DNA from: Aquabacterium sp.
Lineage (GTDB): Bacteria; Pseudomonadota; Gammaproteobacteria; Burkholderiales; Burkholderiaceae_C
Assembly: GCF_034003525.1 (NCBI RefSeq)
Contig: NZ_JAVEYN010000014.1
Coordinates: 24,838 to 88,837, forward strand
DNA: 64,000 bases
Direction of reading: 5' to 3'
Shown here: in pieces, positions 59,855 through 64,000 of the stretch
Numbering within the stretch: position 1 is the first letter of the stretch
Layout: every line of letters begins with the position of its first letter
Translations under genes and position numbers: made by a program
Notes under the pieces: generated by a model
Databases searched by the model: none
What the model was told of the DNA's origin: nothing
Seen by the model: only the letters and a program-made list of their open reading frames with translations

Positions 59855-61630
59855 ATGACCGCTACCTCTTCTCTTCCTACCCGTAAGTTTGACGTCGTGA
59901 TCGTCGGGGCCGGCGGCTCCGGCATGCGCGCTTCGTTGCAACTGTCCCTGGCTGGCCTGAACGTGGCCGTGCTGTCCAAGGTCTTCCCCACCCGTTCGCA
60001 CACGGTGGCCGCTCAGGGCGGTATCGGTGCCTCGCTGGGCAACATGTCCGAAGACAACTGGCACTATCACTTCTACGACACCATCAAGGGCTCCGACTGG
60101 CTGGGCGACCAGGACGCCATCGAGTTCATGTGCCGTGAAGCACCCAAGGTGGTGTACGAGTTGGAACACTTCGGCATGCCGTTCGACCGCAACGCCGACG
60201 GCACCATCTACCAGCGTCCGTTCGGTGGCCACACCGCCAACTACGGTGAAAAGCCCGTGCAACGTGCTTGCGCTGCCGCTGACCGTACCGGCCACGCCCT
60301 GCTACACACCCTGTACCAGCAAAACGTCAAGGCCCGCACCCAGTTCTTCGTGGAATGGATGGCCCTCGACATCATCCGTGATGCCGAAGGCGACGCCGTG
60401 GGCGTGACCGCGCTGGAAATGGAAACCGGCGAAGTGCACGTGCTGCAAGCCAAGACCGTGCTGTTGGCCACCGGTGGTGCCGGCCGCATCTACCAGGCTT
60501 CGACCAACGCCTTCATCAACACCGGTGACGGCCTGGGCATGGCTGCACGCGCAGGCATCCCGCTGGAAGACATGGAATTCTGGCAGTTCCACCCCACCGG
60601 CGTGGCCGGCGCGGGCGTGCTGCTGACCGAAGGCTGCCGTGGCGAAGGCGCGATCCTGCGCAACAGCAATGGCGAGCGCTTCATGGAGCGTTACGCGCCC
60701 ACCCTGAAGGATTTGGCTCCGCGTGACTTCGTGTCCCGCTCGATGGACCAGGAAATCAAGGAAGGCCGTGGCTGTGGTCCCAACAAGGACTACATCCTGC
60801 TGGACATGACCCACCTGGGCGCCGACACCATCCGCAAGCGCCTGCCTTCGGTGGAAGAAATCGGCCACAACTTCGCCAACGTCGACATCACCAAGGAAGC
60901 CATTCCTGTGGTCCCGACCATCCACTATCAGATGGGTGGCATCCCGACGAACGTCCACGGTCAGGTCGTGATCCCGGCCAACGGCAAGCACAACGACATC
61001 ATCAACGGTCTGTACGCCGTGGGTGAGTGCTCCTGCGTGTCGGTGCACGGCGCCAACCGCCTGGGTACCAACTCCCTGCTCGACCTGGTCGTGTTCGGTC
61101 GCGCTGCTGGCAACCACATCGTCGACTTCAACCTCAAGACCAAGAGCCACAAGCCCCTGCCCAAGGACGCTGCCGACAAGACCCTGGCACGTCTGGCACG
61201 CCTGGACTCGGCCAAGAACGGCGAGTACTCGCAAGATGTGGCCAACGAGATTCGCTCTACCATGCAAACCCACGCTGGCGTGTTCCGCACGCAAGCCATC
61301 ATGGACGAGGGCGTCAAGAAGATCGCTGCCGTGCGTGAGCGCGTTGGTGGCATTGGCCTGAAGGACAACTCCAAGGTCTTCAACACCGCCCGTGTCGAAG
61401 CCCTGGAAGTCGAAAACCTGATCGAAGCCGCACAAGCCACCATGGTGGCCGCCGCTGCCCGCCAGGAAAGCCGTGGTGCCCACGCCCACAACGACTTCCC
61501 TGAGCGTGACGACGCCAACTGGATGCGCCACTCGCTGTGGTACTCCGAAGGCAGCCGCCTGGACTACAAGCCGGTCAACCTGCAGCCCCTGACGGCGGAA
61601 TCCGTTCCCCCGAAGGCCCGCACGTTCTGA
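59855..61630 (+). CDS. sdhA: succinate dehydrogenase flavoprotein subunit
   Basis: 591 aa. The FAD-binding N-terminus (FDVVIVGAGGSGMRA) and the covalent-FAD His context (RSHTVAAQGG) are present. Confidence 0.97.
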   Translation: MTATSSLPTRKFDVVIVGAGGSGMRASLQLSLAGLNVAVLSKVFPTRSHTVAAQGGIGASLGNMSEDNWHYHFYDTIKGSDWLGDQDAIEFMCREAPKVVYELEHFGMPFDRNADGTIYQRPFGGHTANYGEKPVQRACAAADRTGHALLHTLYQQNVKARTQFFVEWMALDIIRDAEGDAVGVTALEMETGEVHVLQAKTVLLATGGAGRIYQASTNAFINTGDGLGMAARAGIPLEDMEFWQFHPTGVAGAGVLLTEGCRGEGAILRNSNGERFMERYAPTLKDLAPRDFVSRSMDQEIKEGRGCGPNKDYILLDMTHLGADTIRKRLPSVEEIGHNFANVDITKEAIPVVPTIHYQMGGIPTNVHGQVVIPANGKHNDIINGLYAVGECSCVSVHGANRLGTNSLLDLVVFGRAAGNHIVDFNLKTKSHKPLPKDAADKTLARLARLDSAKNGEYSQDVANEIRSTMQTHAGVFRTQAIMDEGVKKIAAVRERVGGIGLKDNSKVFNTARVEALEVENLIEAAQATMVAAAARQESRGAHAHNDFPERDDANWMRHSLWYSEGSRLDYKPVNLQPLTAESVPPKARTF

Positions 61631-61660
61631 TCGTCAGCGACTCGACATTAGGAATTCATC

Positions 61661-62368
61661 ATGAGCCAAAAGCGCATTTTCCAGATCTACCGCTACGATC
61701 CAGACAAGGACGCCAAGCCCTACATGCAGACCATCGAGATCGAACTCGAAGGCAACGAACGCATGCTGCTGGACGCCCTGGTCAAGCTCAAGAAGGTTGA
61801 CCCGACCATCTCGTTCCGTCGCTCCTGCCGTGAAGGCGTGTGCGGCTCCGACGCGATGAACATCAACGGCAAGAACGGTCTGGCCTGCCTGACCAACATG
61901 CGCACGCTGCCCCAAACCATCGTGCTCAAGCCGCTGCCTGGCCTGCCCGTGATCCGCGACCTGTACGTGGACATGACCCAGTTCTTCAAGCAGTACGACT
62001 CCATCAAGCCCTACCTGCTCAACGACACGCCGCCGCCCGAGAAGGAGCGTCTGCAGTCGCCTGAAGAGCGTGAAGAGCTCGACGGTCTGTACGAGTGCAT
62101 CCTGTGCGCCAGTTGCTCGACCAGCTGCCCCAGCTTCTGGTGGAACCCTGACAAGTTCGTCGGCCCCGCCGGTCTGCTGCAGGCCTACCGCTTCATCGCT
62201 GACAGCCGCGATCAAGCCACCTCCGAGCGCCTGGACAACCTGGAAGACCCGTACCGTCTGTTCCGTTGCCACACCATCATGAACTGCGTGGACGTGTGCC
62301 CGAAGGGCCTCAACCCCACGAAGGCCATTGGCAAGATCAAGGAACTGATGGTCAAGCGCGCCGTCTGA
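61661..62368 (+). CDS. sdhB: succinate dehydrogenase iron-sulfur subunit
   Basis: 235 aa with three Cys clusters ([39 protein letters not shown]). Confidence 0.97.
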   Translation: MSQKRIFQIYRYDPDKDAKPYMQTIEIELEGNERMLLDALVKLKKVDPTISFRRSCREGVCGSDAMNINGKNGLACLTNMRTLPQTIVLKPLPGLPVIRDLYVDMTQFFKQYDSIKPYLLNDTPPPEKERLQSPEEREELDGLYECILCASCSTSCPSFWWNPDKFVGPAGLLQAYRFIADSRDQATSERLDNLEDPYRLFRCHTIMNCVDVCPKGLNPTKAIGKIKELMVKRAV

Positions 62369-62418
62369 TCCCGCTGATCTGACTTTCCTGAACCGTCTGC
62401 GTTGACTCGCCTGTCCCG

Positions 62419-62709
62419 ATGACCCAAGCTCCTGTTTCTACCGATCTCACGCCCGATCCGGATGTGCTGCGTCGGATTCGCTGGCGCTGTCGTCGGGGCC
62501 TGCTCGAGAACGACTTGTTCATCGACAAGTTCTTCGAGCGCTACGGCGAGAACCTGACCACGCCCTTGGTGCAGGGCTTGCTCGAATTGATGGACCTGTC
62601 TGACAATGATTTGCTGGACCTCCTTCTGGCTCGCAAAGAGCCGGAAGGAGAGCTGTGCAAGCCGGAGATCCTGCAGGTGCTCACGATGATGCGAGTTGCC
62701 AAGGCGTAA
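62419..62709 (+). CDS. sdhE: FAD assembly factor SdhE (succinate dehydrogenase assembly factor 2)
   Basis: 96 aa with the conserved RIRWRCRRGLLENDL block. It lies between sdhB and gltA. Confidence 0.88.
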   Translation: MTQAPVSTDLTPDPDVLRRIRWRCRRGLLENDLFIDKFFERYGENLTTPLVQGLLELMDLSDNDLLDLLLARKEPEGELCKPEILQVLTMMRVAKA

Positions 62710-62829
62710 TCCAAGCCGGCTCCCGACAGCCATCTGTCGTGCGGAGCCTGGCAAGGGCTGATAATCCGGGCTCGGGATTTCCCAGTCCAAGACCTCTTTC
62801 CACACAAGACCGATCCCTTAGGAGTGCTC

Positions 62830-64000
62830 ATGACCCCGTCCGACGTGAAAGCCACCCTGTCGTTCTCCGACGGCAGCCCCAGTATGGAACTGCCCATCTA
62901 CAAGGGTTCTGTCGGCCCGGATGTGATTGACATCCGCAAGCTGTACGGCCAGACCGGCAAGTTCACCTACGACCCTGGCTTCCTGTCCACAGCTTCGTGC
63001 AACTCCAAGATCACCTACATCGACGGTGACAAGGGTGAGCTGCTGTATCGCGGCTACCCCATCGAGCAGCTGGCCACCAACTGCGACTTCCTGGAAACCT
63101 GCTACCTGCTGCTGAACGGCGAGCTGCCGAACGCCGCGCAAAAGGGCGAGTTCTCCAACCTGGTGTCCCAGCACACCATGGTCAATGAGCAAATGCAGTT
63201 CTTCCTGCGCGGTTTCCGTCGCGACGCTCACCCGATGGCCGTCATGACCGGTCTGGTGGGTGCCCTGTCGGCTTTCTACCACGACAGCACCGACATCAAT
63301 AACCCCGAGCACCGTCAGATCGCGGCCATCCGCCTGATCGCCAAGATGCCCACCCTGGTGGCCATGGCTTACAAGTACTCGGTCGGCCAGCCTTACATCT
63401 ACCCGCGCAACGACCTCTCGTACACCGAGAACTTCATGCGCATGATGTTTGCCACGCCTTGCGAAGACTACAAGGTCAACGAAGTCCTGGTTCGCGCCAT
63501 GGACCGCATCTTCATCCTGCACGCTGACCACGAGCAAAACGCTTCCACCTCGACCGTGCGCCTGTGCGGCTCGTCGGGCACCAACCCGTTCGCGGCCATC
63601 GCCGCTGGCGTGGCCTGCCTGTGGGGTCCTGCTCACGGTGGCGCCAACGAAGCTGCGCTCAACATGCTGGAAGAAATCCAGCGCAAGGGCGGCGTCGAGA
63701 AGATTGGCGAGTTCATCGCCGAGGTCAAGGACAAGAACTCCGGCACCAAGCTGATGGGCTTCGGTCACCGCGTGTACAAGAACTACGACCCGCGCGCCAA
63801 GCTGATGCGTGAAACCTGCCACGAAGTGCTGAACGAGCTGGGCCTGCAAAACGACCCGCTGTTCAAGCTGGCCATGGCTCTGGAAAAGATTGCTCTGGAA
63901 GACGACTACTTCGTGTCGCGCAAGCTGTACCCGAACGTTGACTTCTACTCTGGCATCGTCCAGCGCGCCATCGGCATCCCCGTGCAGCTGTTCACCGCCA
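62830..64000 (+). CDS. gltA: type II citrate synthase, N-terminal ~390 codons (3' end outside window)
   Basis: My own translation from the ATG at 62830 reads [57 protein letters not shown]...[19 protein letters not shown] Shine-Dalgarno sequence lies upstream. The frame is open to the window end, so it is absent from the ORF track. Confidence 0.95.
   Translation, partial: MTPSDVKATLSFSDGSPSMELPIYKGSVGPDVIDIRKLYGQTGKFTYDPGFLSTASCNSKITYIDGDKGELLYRGYPIEQLATNCDFLETCYLLLNGELPNAAQKGEFSNLVSQHTMVNEQMQFFLRGFRRDAHPMAVMTGLVGALSAFYHDSTDINNPEHRQIAAIRLIAKMPTLVAMAYKYSVGQPYIYPRNDLSYTENFMRMMFATPCEDYKVNEVLVRAMDRIFILHADHEQNASTSTVRLCGSSGTNPFAAIAAGVACLWGPAHGGANEAALNMLEEIQRKGGVEKIGEFIAEVKDKNSGTKLMGFGHRVYKNYDPRAKLMRETCHEVLNELGLQNDPLFKLAMALEKIALEDDYFVSRKLYPNVDFYSGIVQRAIGIPVQLFTA

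Noticed and set aside
62718-62748. Hairpin GGCTCC-CGACAG-ccat-CTGTCG-tgc-GGAGCC between sdhE and gltA
   Set aside because: It is a plausible RNA structure but has no U-tract, and gltA is normally co-regulated with sdh. The support is too weak to call it a terminator or regulatory site.

Overview
This is a visibly high-GC segment with GC3-rich codons (percentage not computed). Gene content and order point to the core chromosome of a Burkholderiales-type betaproteobacterium. The supporting synteny is FmdB-DUF502-aspS-nudB, ubiJ-ubiB, ubiG-gph, and mdh | GntR-sdhCDAB-sdhE-gltA. This is inferred from synteny only; no search was run.

I call 56 protein-coding genes, two of them truncated at the window edges. 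I also call two sigma-54 promoters with candidate enhancer sites, two candidate repressor operators and eight intrinsic-terminator-like hairpins. I saw no rRNA, tRNA, CRISPR array, transposase, integrase or phage genes.

Gene content from left to right:
- Cobalamin late-step and nucleotide-loop cluster (cbiB', cobD, cobQ, cobT, cobS, cobC).
- ybhP-like/clsB pair.
- nudB-aspS-DUF502-fmdB.
- A sodium:solute symporter.
- ubiB-ubiJ.
- A small sugar/exopolysaccharide cassette (priming glycosyltransferase, beta-barrel protein, galE, manC).
- gph-ubiG.
- An AcoR-type sigma-54 activator with a divergent aldehyde dehydrogenase-DUF779 unit, followed by arsC-family yffB.
- acnA, a BASS transporter, an RluA-family synthase, a KAS III, sbcB and a YgjP-like peptidase.
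- A five-gene GbsR/MarR-DCC-SDR-DoxX-like-DUF2269 module.
- mrcA and a second SDR paralog.
- acnB, a secreted orphan, and prpF-acnD-prpC-prpB with divergent prpR.
- A B12-binding-like radical SAM protein.
- A CitE-like lyase plus a coupled orphan.
- mdh, then GntR-sdhCDAB-sdhE-gltA'.

The window is dominated by central metabolism. I do not see a defence island or an obviously new multi-gene machine.

The most under-described biology I can support from sequence is:
1. The GbsR/MarR-DCC-SDR-DoxX-like-DUF2269 redox-looking module with its own palindromic operator.
2. A 637-aa radical SAM protein with a CX4CX2C cluster motif and an apparently split N-terminal Rossmann-like domain.
3. The CitE-like lyase translationally coupled to a 155-aa orphan.
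4. A secreted orphan wedged between prpF and acnB.

The many very long ORFs antisense to real genes are treated as GC-composition artefacts.
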